A program made the translations under genes and the position numbers. Shown in pieces: positions 9,615-18,955 of a stretch of 64,000 nt of DNA (the stretch's first letter is position 1; each line of letters begins with the position of its first letter). This DNA comes from Dehalococcoidia bacterium (lineage in GTDB: Bacteria > Chloroflexota > Dehalococcoidia > Lucifugimonadales > GCA-2712585): the NCBI GenBank assembly GCA_965207845.1, contig CBDBNU010000003.1, forward strand, positions 1,385,862 to 1,449,861, read 5' to 3'. Below the pieces are notes generated by a model, which did no database searches, was not told the origin of the DNA, and saw only the letters and a program-made list of their open reading frames with translations.

Positions 9615-12600
9615 TCTCGATTCCGTACTCCGCCCGATCCTCCCGCACCTGCATCGGCTTGGTCATAGAGTCCACTTCCAGCCAGTAGTGCTGCAATTTG
9701 CTGACCTCGTGCCAGGGGAAACGGGCAGGATCCTCAATGGGCTCTTGCAACTGCGGCTCAGCGGCACAGTTCGTCACTACGTAGAGCCAGTAGCAGTCGC
9801 GGCGGTCCTCGGCCACGCGGCGCTCATTGGGAGTTAGTAGGATCGTGCCCGATTCGGCAGCTAAACCCTTGACTTCTATGAGGCGCAACTCGCCGGACAC
9901 GACGTCCAGGCTGGTTACGTCGTAGCCCAGATTCTTCTCATGCACGTCGCAGACCTGTTTGCCCTGAGCTGCTTCGTACTCCATCACGACTTGCATGGCG
10001 GTCATCTCGGTCTCGGCGTTAGGACGCAGGCGCTTCACCTCGGGTGCCTCACGCTCCGGGTGAGGCAAGATAAGTGCACCGGCGAGCCGTTCGACGCCTT
10101 GGAGTGTGAGCGCCCGCTGTTGCCTGAGTTCGCTTCTCCGCCGTTCACGCCGCGCCATGGCCTCGTCGTGGCGGGCTTCGGCCTGGGCGAGACGCCCTTC
10201 CGCGCCGACGACCCGATTCTCCAGGTCCTCGGAAGCTCGGCCAATCTCTTGGTCGATTCGCTGAAGCACCTCAGTCAACGACAGTTCAACGTGCTCGGCG
10301 ATCCGGTCCACTTCGTCCAGACGCTCGTCGCGTACTTCTTCGATGAAGGGTGCGAGGGCGTGCTCATGCAGCCATCCTGTGGCTTCAGGGAGTGCGGCGG
10401 CAGCAGGGAGATTGTGCGGAGGGGGTGCGGGAATAAGATTGCCGAGAATATCAGCCTCTCTCAAGCCTGGCTCCCCGGTCTCCGTCAGTTCCACGACGAA
10501 CAGCCGCTCGTGGATAACGTGGCCGAGGCCGTCAACGACTCTGGCACGGTAGACATCGAGACGGGCCGGTGCGTTGTGGTCGAGGGAGTAGAAACACGCA
10601 CCCATGGCGAAAGCATCCCTGCTGGTTTCGACGCAGTGACGGCGGAGCGCTTCAAAGAGGGGATGTCCGGGGGTTACCCATTCCAGGTTGTGTGCCTCTG
10701 CCGTGTCTCGGTCTGTCGAAAGGCGGGAGTAGCGTGTCAGGAGATCTGAGAAACGCCAGTCGGAATCGCGTTCGTATTTCCGCAAGGAGGTCGGTGTACG
10801 GCCCGGATGGAATGCATGTCGTAAGTTCGTAACTGGATTAAGTGCAAACGCTGCGATTTTGGAACTCTCTGACAGAAATCTAGCGATGGTCTCCGGCACC
10901 ACTCGACGCTCCTGGGCCCGGGCACGGCGCTCTACCAACATCTCCAAATTGAGCTTCTTGGCAGCCAGACCTTCCAGCGCAGTCTGGCAGATCTCACGGA
11001 AGCGTCCCTCGTCCACGTCTCGCAAAAGCCGGTTCTCCAAGTCTTCTGGTCCCAACTTACCGGAATAGTAGTCGCGGAAAATTCGGTCAACCTGAGCGGC
11101 TGGCAGAACCTCGCCAACCACATTGAAAACAGCGTCGTCGTCGAGGGCGTCGCGAATCTCCTGAAGCTTCGAAAGCAGGCGTTGGAGCACCCTTCCTTCG
11201 ATAGTGTTCGTGGCGACAAAATTGAAAATAAGGCAGTCTAGGCGTTGCCCATAGCGGTGGATTCGCCCCATCCGTTGTTCGAGTCGATTTGGGTTCCAGG
11301 GGATGTCGTAGTTGAAGAGAATATTGCAGCATTGAAGGTTTATTCCTTCACCGGCGGCTTCCGTCGCCACCAGCACTTGAATTTGGCCATCTCGAAACTG
11401 TTGTTCCGTGTAGAGGCGGGAACCAGGCTCATCCCGCGAGCCTGGCCTCATGCCGCCATGGATGGAGCCCACACGGAAGCCCCAGGATTTCAGCCTGCCT
11501 ACCAGGTAGTAGAGGGTATCCTTGAACTCCGTGAAGATTAGCAGGCGTTGGTCAGAATTGTCGAAAAACCCCTGCTCATGCATGATTTCGTTGAGGCGGG
11601 TGAGTTTGGCCTCCTTGTCCTCCGCCTCGACAGTTACGGCCTGCTGCGCAAGCTGTCGGAGTTCGTCAATCTCCTTCCGAACCTCATCAGCGTTCCCGGC
11701 CAATGTGACTGCTTCTAACATCCGTTCCAGCCGCTCTCGCTCCCTGTCTTCCAGTTCTTCCAATTCCTCCCAATCAGGGAGGTCTGGAGGCGCTTTCTCC
11801 GCCAAGTCTTGTGCTTGCTTAAGTCCGTCCTCCAGACGCTTGGATCGGTTCTCCAGCGACCGCTGCATTGCATGGGCGCTTGAGGCTAACCTCCGTTGGT
11901 ACAATGACATGAGGAAACCGACGGCGCGCGCCCGTGGGTCGTCACCCTGAGATGCAGCTCTGGCACTTTGCCGCTTCACGAATCGGGTTACGTCTCTATA
12001 CAGATCAAATTCTGGCCCGTCCATTGTGAAGCTAGCGGAGTTTGTGACTCGCTTCGTAAACACAGGCTTGGCTGTCCATGTGCCGTCTATGTGGCGATCG
12101 GGGAAATAAACCATGGCTTCCTTGGTGCGGCGGAGGTAGAAGGGCGCCCGCCTGCGCTTCATCGCCTCTCGTATAGACTTAACGTCGGCATATGCATCCT
12201 TGTCTAGAAGTTGTAGAAACAGAGTGAAGTTGTGCGGGTCTCCCTTGTGAGGCGTAGCGGTAAGAAGCAGAATGTTGTCGGCGTTATCCCGCAACATTTC
12301 ACCAAGTCGGTAACGCTGACTCTTATGTGTCTCGTCGCTTGCAGACATACGATGGGCTTCATCAACTATCACGAGGTCCCATTGTACTTGGCGAAGGCCG
12401 TGGAGAATGTCTTCCCTCTTGGCTAGGTCGAGGGAGGTGATGGTCTGCCTCTGTTCAAGCCACTGATTGATGCCGAACTGATTTCGAATGTCTCCGCCCT
12501 TCAGTACAAAGAACCGCTCGTCAAACTTTTCATTTAGTTCTCGCTGCCACTGGAAGGTTAGGTTTGCCGGGCACACTACAAGGACTCGTTCAGCCAAGCC

Positions 12601-13044
12601 TCTAAGCTTCAGTTCTTTGATAAGCAGTCCGGCCATGATTGTCTTTCCGGCTCCGGCGTCATCGGCCAGCAGGAACCGTACGCTAGGGAGCTTCAGCAGA
12701 TAGTCGTAGATGGCTTCAAGCTGATGTGGAAGAGGATCAACTCGCGAAATGGATAGACCGAAATACGGGTCAAACTCGTAGGCGATGCCGAGAGAGTGGG
12801 CTTGGAGGCCAAGTCTGAGTAGCCTCCCGTCCCCATCGTAAGAGAGGGTGCTGTCGGCAATGGTTAATTCCGCAATATCGGTCGAGGTTATAGTGACCTG
12901 ACGGAATAGTTGGGTCCGCTGTCCGACAAGGCCCGCCTCGACGGAGCCAGCTCCGTTCGAACGGACGGTCACCACCCGCATCGGCTCATTGAACAACGGG
13001 CCAGTAAGGACCTGACCTTCACGTATTCCAATTTCGGTCGTCAA
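9601..13044 (-). CDS. SNF2/DEAH helicase fused to C-terminal DUF3883 (PD-(D/E)xK-like) nuclease domain
   Basis: 1147-aa ORF. LADDAGAGKTIMAG (motif I), VIVDEAHRM (II), LLLTATPHKG (III), WNPNRLEQRMGRIHRYGQ (VI). C-terminal GYDVTSLD...LRLIEVKG...YWLYVV is typical of DUF3883. Confidence 0.9.
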   Translation of the reverse strand: MTTEIGIREGQVLTGPLFNEPMRVVTVRSNGAGSVEAGLVGQRTQLFRQVTITSTDIAELTIADSTLSYDGDGRLLRLGLQAHSLGIAYEFDPYFGLSISRVDPLPHQLEAIYDYLLKLPSVRFLLADDAGAGKTIMAGLLIKELKLRGLAERVLVVCPANLTFQWQRELNEKFDERFFVLKGGDIRNQFGINQWLEQRQTITSLDLAKREDILHGLRQVQWDLVIVDEAHRMSASDETHKSQRYRLGEMLRDNADNILLLTATPHKGDPHNFTLFLQLLDKDAYADVKSIREAMKRRRAPFYLRRTKEAMVYFPDRHIDGTWTAKPVFTKRVTNSASFTMDGPEFDLYRDVTRFVKRQSARAASQGDDPRARAVGFLMSLYQRRLASSAHAMQRSLENRSKRLEDGLKQAQDLAEKAPPDLPDWEELEELEDRERERLERMLEAVTLAGNADEVRKEIDELRQLAQQAVTVEAEDKEAKLTRLNEIMHEQGFFDNSDQRLLIFTEFKDTLYYLVGRLKSWGFRVGSIHGGMRPGSRDEPGSRLYTEQQFRDGQIQVLVATEAAGEGINLQCCNILFNYDIPWNPNRLEQRMGRIHRYGQRLDCLIFNFVATNTIEGRVLQRLLSKLQEIRDALDDDAVFNVVGEVLPAAQVDRIFRDYYSGKLGPEDLENRLLRDVDEGRFREICQTALEGLAAKKLNLEMLVERRARAQERRVVPETIARFLSESSKIAAFALNPVTNLRHAFHPGRTPTSLRKYERDSDWRFSDLLTRYSRLSTDRDTAEAHNLEWVTPGHPLFEALRRHCVETSRDAFAMGACFYSLDHNAPARLDVYRARVVDGLGHVIHERLFVVELTETGEPGLREADILGNLIPAPPPHNLPAAAALPEATGWLHEHALAPFIEEVRDERLDEVDRIAEHVELSLTEVLQRIDQEIGRASEDLENRVVGAEGRLAQAEARHDEAMARRERRRSELRQQRALTLQGVERLAGALILPHPEREAPEVKRLRPNAETEMTAMQVVMEYEAAQGKQVCDVHEKNLGYDVTSLDVVSGELRLIEVKGLAAESGTILLTPNERRVAEDRRDCYWLYVVTNCAAEPQLQEPIEDPARFPWHEVSKLQHYWLEVDSMTKPMQVREDRAEYGIENADG

Positions 13045-13129
13045 CCGTTGTTTCCTCTCTAGGACTTATGGTGAATAAGCAACAACATCGGCTGCTTGGC
13101 TATCCTAACACAGCCTCCCAAAGCATCCA

Positions 13130-13474
13130 AACCGTCTCTTTGAATTCAACTCTCCACGTAGTTGGGAGTCCCGTCCGGACCCCTTCGAGGGGGTAAGGAG
13201 TCAGATACCGGAATGGTTGCAGAAGCAGCCCGATGGCGGAATCTCTGAATTGATGAATCAGATGATCAAGCGATACCCGGAGCGTTACATCAGGTGTCAG
13301 CTTCGCTCCTTATAGCTCCGGGTAAGGCCGTGTCACAGTGTAATGGCCAACAAACTCGTGTATGCTTCGACTGAAAAGAGTAAGATCGATGAGGAACGAC
13401 TGGGTAGAATCAGACCTGTGGGCGTCATTTGGAATCCACGAAACTTCGGTGACATCCTCCGGTGAGGCAACGGC
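13130..13474 (+). pseudogene. 3' remnant of the rve-type IS (same family as 21976-24980), including its terminal repeat
   Basis: Translates to SWESRPDPFEGV..EWLQKQPDGGISELMNQMIKRYPERYIRCQLRSL*..ANKLVYASTEKS, parallel to the C-terminus of the 23368-23562 ORF. Ends with CTTCGGTGACATCCTCCGGTGAGGCAAC, the uninterrupted version of the terminal repeat that IS110 splits at 21995/23302. The 5' limit is approximate. Confidence 0.6.
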
Positions 13475-13500
13475 CCAGCAAGAATTATTGTCGCTGTTCA
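13475..13500 (-). repeat. IS21 left-end copy (inverted orientation), abutting the rve-IS remnant
   Basis: CCAGCAAGAATTATTGTCGCTGTTCA matches the reverse complement of the IS21 left end (58180-58205) at 24/26 positions. Confidence 0.6.
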
Positions 13501-13532
13501 GCCTGTCGACGATGCGTCCGCTCTCGGCCTCG

Positions 13533-13676
13533 TCATCCTACTCCCAGATAGCCGTTCTTCTCTGCGTAGTCCCTCAGCGCCGGTAGCTGGGCGGCCACGG
13601 ACAGGTCCACGTCCTGGCGGTCGCTGGAGACCCTTGCGTAGAGGGCCGCGGGTATAAGATCGAGTCGGTCGTTCAT
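13533..13676 (-). pseudogene. N-terminal 47-codon remnant of a large serine recombinase
   Basis: Hand translation MNDRLDLIPAALYARVSSDRQDVDLSVAAQLPALRDYAEKNGYLGVG* parallels the N-termini of the recombinases at 54589 and 57746 (ALYARVSxxRQDxDLSVAAQLRAL). It is truncated about 35 nt from the IS21-end copy. Confidence 0.7.
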
Positions 13677-13750
13677 CACGTTTTCTTCCTTGTTCATTCC
13701 TGTTTGGTTTTCGCGGGCCTCGGCCTAGTATTTTGAGGCCGCGGAAAGCC

Positions 13751-14236
13751 CTATCGTCGCCGCGAATGACGCCTCCGCTTCGAGGCTTGTGGCCGGTCGT
13801 AATCCATTTGCCCAGTTTCCATTTGCTTCTTCCATCTCCAAAGGAGTATGCCTACCCCTACGATGACAACAGCACCAATGACATTGCCTCCACGAAGAGC
13901 TTGCCACGCATCCCCACGCAGCCCAGGTATAACAAGAGAGCCGATGACCACAGCTACTGCTACGAGAATTAGCCGAAATGGATGGGTGAATATGTGGCCG
14001 CGAAGGATGGCAAGAGTAGCCGCCATGAGAAATGACAAACCGAAGAGAAAACCCTGCCCGAACGCCCACTGCCTCAACGCGTAAATGCTGATAGCGGTGA
14101 TTAGGAACGGCAGCCAGGGTTGCTCTCCTTTCAATCCTCGGCGCCATCTGTCGCGGGCATCCTTGATTTCCCTCGCCAAGAATCTGGATACGAAGCTGAG
14201 GGCAAATTGCTTTAGCCTGTCTGTCTTGCGCCTCAA
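13751..14236 (-). CDS. hypothetical integral membrane protein (about 4 predicted TM segments)
   Basis: 161-aa ORF with hydrophobic stretches PWLPFLITAISIYAL, GFLFGLSFLMAATLAIL, LILVAVAVVIGSLVIPG and VIGAVVIVGVGILLW. Its ATG overlaps the RHH stop by 4 nt. Confidence 0.55.
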   Translation of the reverse strand: MRRKTDRLKQFALSFVSRFLAREIKDARDRWRRGLKGEQPWLPFLITAISIYALRQWAFGQGFLFGLSFLMAATLAILRGHIFTHPFRLILVAVAVVIGSLVIPGLRGDAWQALRGGNVIGAVVIVGVGILLWRWKKQMETGQMDYDRPQASKRRRHSRRR

Positions 14237-14457
14237 CCGTCCGTTCCCTTGTTGGCTTCACCGTGATCGGTAGACTGGCGGGAGCGAATCCATTCCAGCC
14301 GCTCCCGTCTGCGCCACTCCCGCTCCTCCATGAACAGGCGGATGGCTTGCCTGAGCAACTCGCTCACGGAGAGGTCTTCTTCCTGCATCACATGCCGCAC
14401 CTGCGCCTCCATCTCGGGGGGCAGGGAGAATGTGATGGTCTTGGAAACCCTCGACAT
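14233..14457 (-). CDS. ribbon-helix-helix (CopG-like) protein
   Basis: 74-aa ORF. KTITFSLPPEMEAQVRHVMQEEDLSVSELLRQAIRLFMEEREW is a paralog of the RHH ORF at 57743-57958. Confidence 0.75.
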   Translation of the reverse strand: MSRVSKTITFSLPPEMEAQVRHVMQEEDLSVSELLRQAIRLFMEEREWRRRERLEWIRSRQSTDHGEANKGTDG

Positions 14458-14463
14458 GGGCAG

Positions 14464-15369
14464 CTACTCCGCGCTCTGCTCACTTGCTCGAATGATCTCG
14501 GCCTCGGATGAAGCGTAGACAAACCTCTCGGCGCTTTGGTAGACACACACATTGGCAAGATCCATTTCTCTTTCGCTCATCGCTACCATTCGCGGGGCCA
14601 GGCCGCTCTCCCCGCGGGCATCCCCACACATGCCCATCAGGTTCAACTCTGCCGAAAGCGGCATAATGAACCACATCCAGTTGCGATATTCGGGTTCAGG
14701 GCCAAGGAGTAAGGAATTCGAAGGGATATCCGATGTGATGAATTTTCGCCCATGGAGGGCTTCGTCGAATCGCCAACTACCTTCTTCGTACCATCGGTAT
14801 CGCAGTTCCCCTTCTTCTCCCCGCAGGAAGGGATCTATGCGAAGTGCCTCGAACTTTCGGTCGCTGTCAATGCCAGCCATCTCCCTAAACAGCGGGAACA
14901 CAACCTGCCACTGCTCGTCCAAATCGGGAAACCTTGCACGAAAGTCCACTTCTATGGCTTCGAGCTTATCCCGGAACTGTAGACGTATCTCCTTCACAGG
15001 CTCCCTCATTTGTTCGCGGAAGCCACGGCTTCGTAGCTTTGAGTCCACAACGAAACGCGCCAGCCACGCTCTCAAGGTGGCGGACTCCTCGCGGTCAGAA
15101 ATCAACTCGTTCAGTTCAGAAGCACTCTGCCCATTGAGAGTCTGGAGAATTTCCGCCCACTGATCTTCTCGTTGCTGGAGGATTGCATCATTCGCGACGG
15201 AATAGGCGTCTCTCGACACTTCTACGTTTTCGATGGAACGCACTGCGACCCCTGCTTGAGGATTGTTTTTGTCGAAGGCATATATCTGCTCGGGGCGGCT
15301 GTCCAGAGAAAAGCCGCGCAGATACAACCTCGGGACAAAGTGCTTTCTTGTCTTGTCTATCTCGAACAT
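14464..15369 (-). CDS. DUF4238-domain protein
   Basis: 301-aa ORF. N-terminal KHFVPRLYLRGFS is the DUF4238 hallmark (H-[FY]-V-P-x-F-Y-L-x-x-F). Confidence 0.8.
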   Translation of the reverse strand: MFEIDKTRKHFVPRLYLRGFSLDSRPEQIYAFDKNNPQAGVAVRSIENVEVSRDAYSVANDAILQQREDQWAEILQTLNGQSASELNELISDREESATLRAWLARFVVDSKLRSRGFREQMREPVKEIRLQFRDKLEAIEVDFRARFPDLDEQWQVVFPLFREMAGIDSDRKFEALRIDPFLRGEEGELRYRWYEEGSWRFDEALHGRKFITSDIPSNSLLLGPEPEYRNWMWFIMPLSAELNLMGMCGDARGESGLAPRMVAMSEREMDLANVCVYQSAERFVYASSEAEIIRASEQSAE

Positions 15370-16157
15370 CTCTCTTTTGCCTATGTGTGTAGTGCAATGT
15401 CTTACTCTTCACTCTTACGACACCTGCCTTCAAGCCCTACCAGGGGCCGACTGCTGCCACCGCCGGTATAGGCTTCCGCCTGCGCCCCGGCATGTCAGAT
15501 GCCATCATCTGTGGGCCGAGGATGGCGGCGTATTGAGGCACGACGACGACCCTCGCAAACCTCTCCATCATGATGACGGACCGGTCGAGGGCGGCGTAGC
15601 CGCCAAATTGGGCGTATCAAACCGGTGCGAAGCGAGCCGCCTGCTCCACCATCTGAGACAGAATCGAGAATCTGTCAATTGACGTTCATGCTGGAATTGT
15701 AGACTGAACTCTCCAGTAGTGTACGAGCGTGACAGTTTGCTCGTCTGTCTACGGATGAATGAAATCTTATTCATCGGCGTATTCCTGTCCCTCCGCATTT
15801 GATGGGAATGAGGCTTGAACCCCCGCATTCAATGTAGTTCATTCACCGTCACTCCTCTTCTGAATCGATACAGCACAATTCGGCCCTTCCCATCTGGAAT
15901 GTAGTTGCACTGGGTGCCCAACTTCACCCGACTAACTGAAGGGTTTGTTCTTCCTTGTGGGGTCTCCCGCCAGATAGGTTATGTCCATTCCTATAGTAAC
16001 CGATGGCTCTCCTCACCATGAGCAATCCAACTCATCTAAGGGAACTTTCCCCTCCCCTACTTGTCCTATTTTAACTGAAGTTCCACAACCCCATGGCTGT
16101 GTTTGCCGCATGGGACTCGATAAGGCTCTGAAGATCGTTCCACATTTCGCCGGACAA

Positions 16158-17837
16158 CTAGAGCAACTTAGCGGCATCTACCTCAGGAAGGTGGCATTTC
16201 TTGTACTTTAGGCCGCTCCCACAGGGACAAGGCCTATTCCTTCCAGTCCTATGCATGTCTCGTAGTGCTCGAAGATATTCCCTTTCCGCCCTTACGAAAT
16301 CGTGCGGGTATTCCTTCCATAAGTCATTGCGAGCGGCCTCGAGGCCGTGGTGTTCCACGTACGCTACTCTATAGAAGAACGGGACAACCAACTCCCCAAT
16401 GAACTTCGGGACATTGATCCTCTCGCCGGTTGCAATCTTGAAATCTAGACAACATCGATTCTCTGGCTTTTCTGGATAGCAGTGCATATCGGCGATGTTG
16501 GTTATTCCCTGTTTTTCCATGATGCCTTGAATGCGCCCACTCGTCTCAATGACCGGTGGCCAGGGGTCATATCTTGAGGGGATAAAGCTGAGTCGAAGCT
16601 CGATTTCAAACCTGTCGCGGATGATGAAGCCTTCTCGAACCGCTCCTGTTGCCGACGCCGATTTCAAGAGTCCATCGCTGGGGTCATATTGTACTGAGAA
16701 TTCCAGTGTCCCAAAGATTCGGTTGCTTTGGGCTTCGTAGATTAGGCCGGGCTGCTCCCGGTTCAGGCGGCCAATGTCGACGTCAGACATTGAGACGGTG
16801 ACACCCTTGACTTCGGCATTCTTTATGGCAGTTGCAGCATACGGACTTCGCGGCCTTACCGGAGCATAAGGCGGCAATACAGTCCGGCCTCCGCTGGGAC
16901 CGCCGGGTGGTTTGCCTAGAGATGCGTCCCCGTCGCCACCCTTAGAAGATCCTTTGCCAAAGTCGTCGCCGAATAGTCTTCGCCACAACTTGATCGCATC
17001 CTCACTCGATACTGCATCCTTAGCATCTCTTGCAGACTGGGCATGAGAGTGAATCCTGTTTCTGAAGTTGGCGTATTTGGTCTGATCCCAGTGCCTGTTG
17101 AAGGTTTCCGACGGAAGCACCGGATTCCGGATCTGAGGCATTATGGGATGTAGCTGAAGGAATTGGTCTATTCTACCGAGTACCGTCACCAATGTATCAG
17201 CGACAGTTCGCACCGCTTCAGTCCCCTCGTCCCACTCTTCTATCGTGTTTCCTGCAAGAGTGGTGAGTAGAATAGATTTGGCGGTGAAATTGTTCTTGTG
17301 GTCTCGAAGGTATTTCAGCAATCTGACCACTCGCTTGAGATTGCCATCCGTGATCCGGTTACGATGGTTGAATCAGTCTCGGTAGCCCGTTCCATCAGTC
17401 TCCTCGAGTTCATTGTCAATCCGATTGCAGACAAAGTGTTCGCCGTCGATGGTGATGCGGGGAACCACGTCAAGATGAAAGTCACCGGCGTAATCGACCG
17501 TAACGCATCGGGTCTTGAGACGAAGCTTGTCGGCGTAATTTTTGTTCTCGTTCAAGGTCCTGCGAATTGTGCTGACGTATTCTTTGGCTTCCCACTCGTC
17601 ATTCGGGTTCATTACGATCTGCATATCGGCGTCGTATTCGTCGTTCTCATCAACGGGCTTTATCAGCGTGCCAAGGGCATGTGAGCCCTGACGCTCCATC
17701 TTCTGGTACCCGGTTAGGTTGTCCCGTAGGTAGCTGTTCACCGCCGAAACACTGGTATTCAACCGGTCAAGCCGGGTTGGGTTTAGATTGACTTCATCCC
17801 GGAGAAAATCTTGGAAATCCCTGTTGTTCTTTGTCAT
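16158..17837 (-). pseudogene. SMODS/CD-NTase-like nucleotidyltransferase fused to an unassigned C-terminal domain ending in a SEC-C motif; interrupted by one in-frame TGA
   Basis: ORFs 17373-17837 and 16158-17330 are in the same frame (507 nt apart). They are separated by TGA at 17373-17375 in the context GYRD*FNHRN. NTase motifs are QGSHALGTLIKP and EYDADMQIV, followed by VVRLLKYLRD. The C-terminus is RPCPCGSGLKYKKCH. Confidence 0.75.
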
Positions 17838-17933
17838 TTGGATGTCACCTCTTCGTAACTTGATGGTATGTGTGATTCATGTTCGAGAAATCCCCGCCGG
17901 ACCATGATCCCATGGTTTCTGAAGTTTATCCTG

Positions 17934-18863
17934 TCAGTCGGCATGAACTCTCCTCAACCGCTTCATGATCTCGCGGCTGTTTTGTGTGAAGTCCCTGTCT
18001 GCCAGGGCTTTCATTGCTTCCATATGTCGCGTGTCATCCAGGCCCCAGTCTTCGATCTCGGTGTCCAGTCGGAAATACCTGTCTTCCAACAGCAACCCCG
18101 CCATATTGGTGGAGGCCTGCGATTGGAGGTTCATAAAGTATGAGACAAGCTTAAGGCCACCCCAACCCGTTGCGATTCCCCAACGTTCCTTCGGCTCGTA
18201 CAGGAGCCTGGGTTTCCCCGTTCCAATGGACAGGATGTGTACCCTCTCAAGCGGCTTTCTGAACTTCGACACCGCCTCTGTCACGGCGAGTACAGAGGGA
18301 TTGTTTGCCCACAATCCTCCGTCGGCGAGAAGATATTCGTCCACGCGCATCGGGTCGAAGAACAAGGGCGCTGCGCAGGACGCCAGAACGGCATCGCCCA
18401 GCAGAACGTTTCCATCCCTGACGTATTCTTCACCCAGGTCTTTCAAGTACTTCGACTTAAAGACGCGAACACCTCCTGTCGAAATGTCAGAGCTGGTGAT
18501 TATCAGCGGTGTGGATATTTCTCCCAACCGTCGCTTCGGCAGATATTCACGCACTATCCGTTCGAGGGACCCACGCGCGTATTTGCTCCTGAACAACCCC
18601 CGGTCAAGGCGTCTATCACCGAAGACATCCGACGCCTTTTCCTCGAACAAGCCCACCAGCCTGTGCATCCCGACCCCCGCCGCCGCCGCACCGGCTACTA
18701 TTGACCCGGTGCTAGTACCGACGATGAGATCGAAGCACCTTCCTATCGGTCTCGATAGTCTACGTTCGAGACGGTCAAGTATGTGCGCGGGATAGATTCC
18801 CCGAGCGCCTCCGCCATCAAGGGCAAGTATGTAGAAGTTTTTGTCGTTCTCCATTCCGTTCAC
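17934..18863 (-). CDS. patatin-like phospholipase (CapV-like effector)
   Basis: 309-aa ORF. LDGGGARG (oxyanion hole), GTSTGS (nucleophile elbow), ADGGLWANNP (catalytic Asp). Confidence 0.9.
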   Translation of the reverse strand: MNGMENDKNFYILALDGGGARGIYPAHILDRLERRLSRPIGRCFDLIVGTSTGSIVAGAAAAGVGMHRLVGLFEEKASDVFGDRRLDRGLFRSKYARGSLERIVREYLPKRRLGEISTPLIITSSDISTGGVRVFKSKYLKDLGEEYVRDGNVLLGDAVLASCAAPLFFDPMRVDEYLLADGGLWANNPSVLAVTEAVSKFRKPLERVHILSIGTGKPRLLYEPKERWGIATGWGGLKLVSYFMNLQSQASTNMAGLLLEDRYFRLDTEIEDWGLDDTRHMEAMKALADRDFTQNSREIMKRLRRVHAD

Positions 18864-18955
18864 ACCTCGTGCTGCCAGGATGCCTCAAGCGATAACCTTC
18901 GCAAAGTCGTGAGTGCGAATTCACCGTGCACACCCATGGACCGACCACATTGGTT

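Noticed and set aside
16400-16500. The HCYPEKPENRCCLD motif in the NTase C-terminal domain resembles the HPN...CLD catalytic loop of E2/UBC enzymes. That would echo Cap2-type CBASS biology.
   Set aside because: The similarity is a single short motif seen by eye. The surrounding E2 fold elements cannot be verified without profile or structure searches. It is mentioned only as an idea to test.
17373-17375. In-frame TGA in the NTase as evidence for TGA-to-Trp/Gly recoding (alternative genetic code) or selenocysteine.
   Set aside because: Other well-supported genes in the window terminate at TGA (for example hsdR at 44483-44485 and the antitoxin at 37516-37518). No SECIS-like hairpin was noticed directly downstream. 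A simple TGG-to-TGA mutation is more parsimonious.
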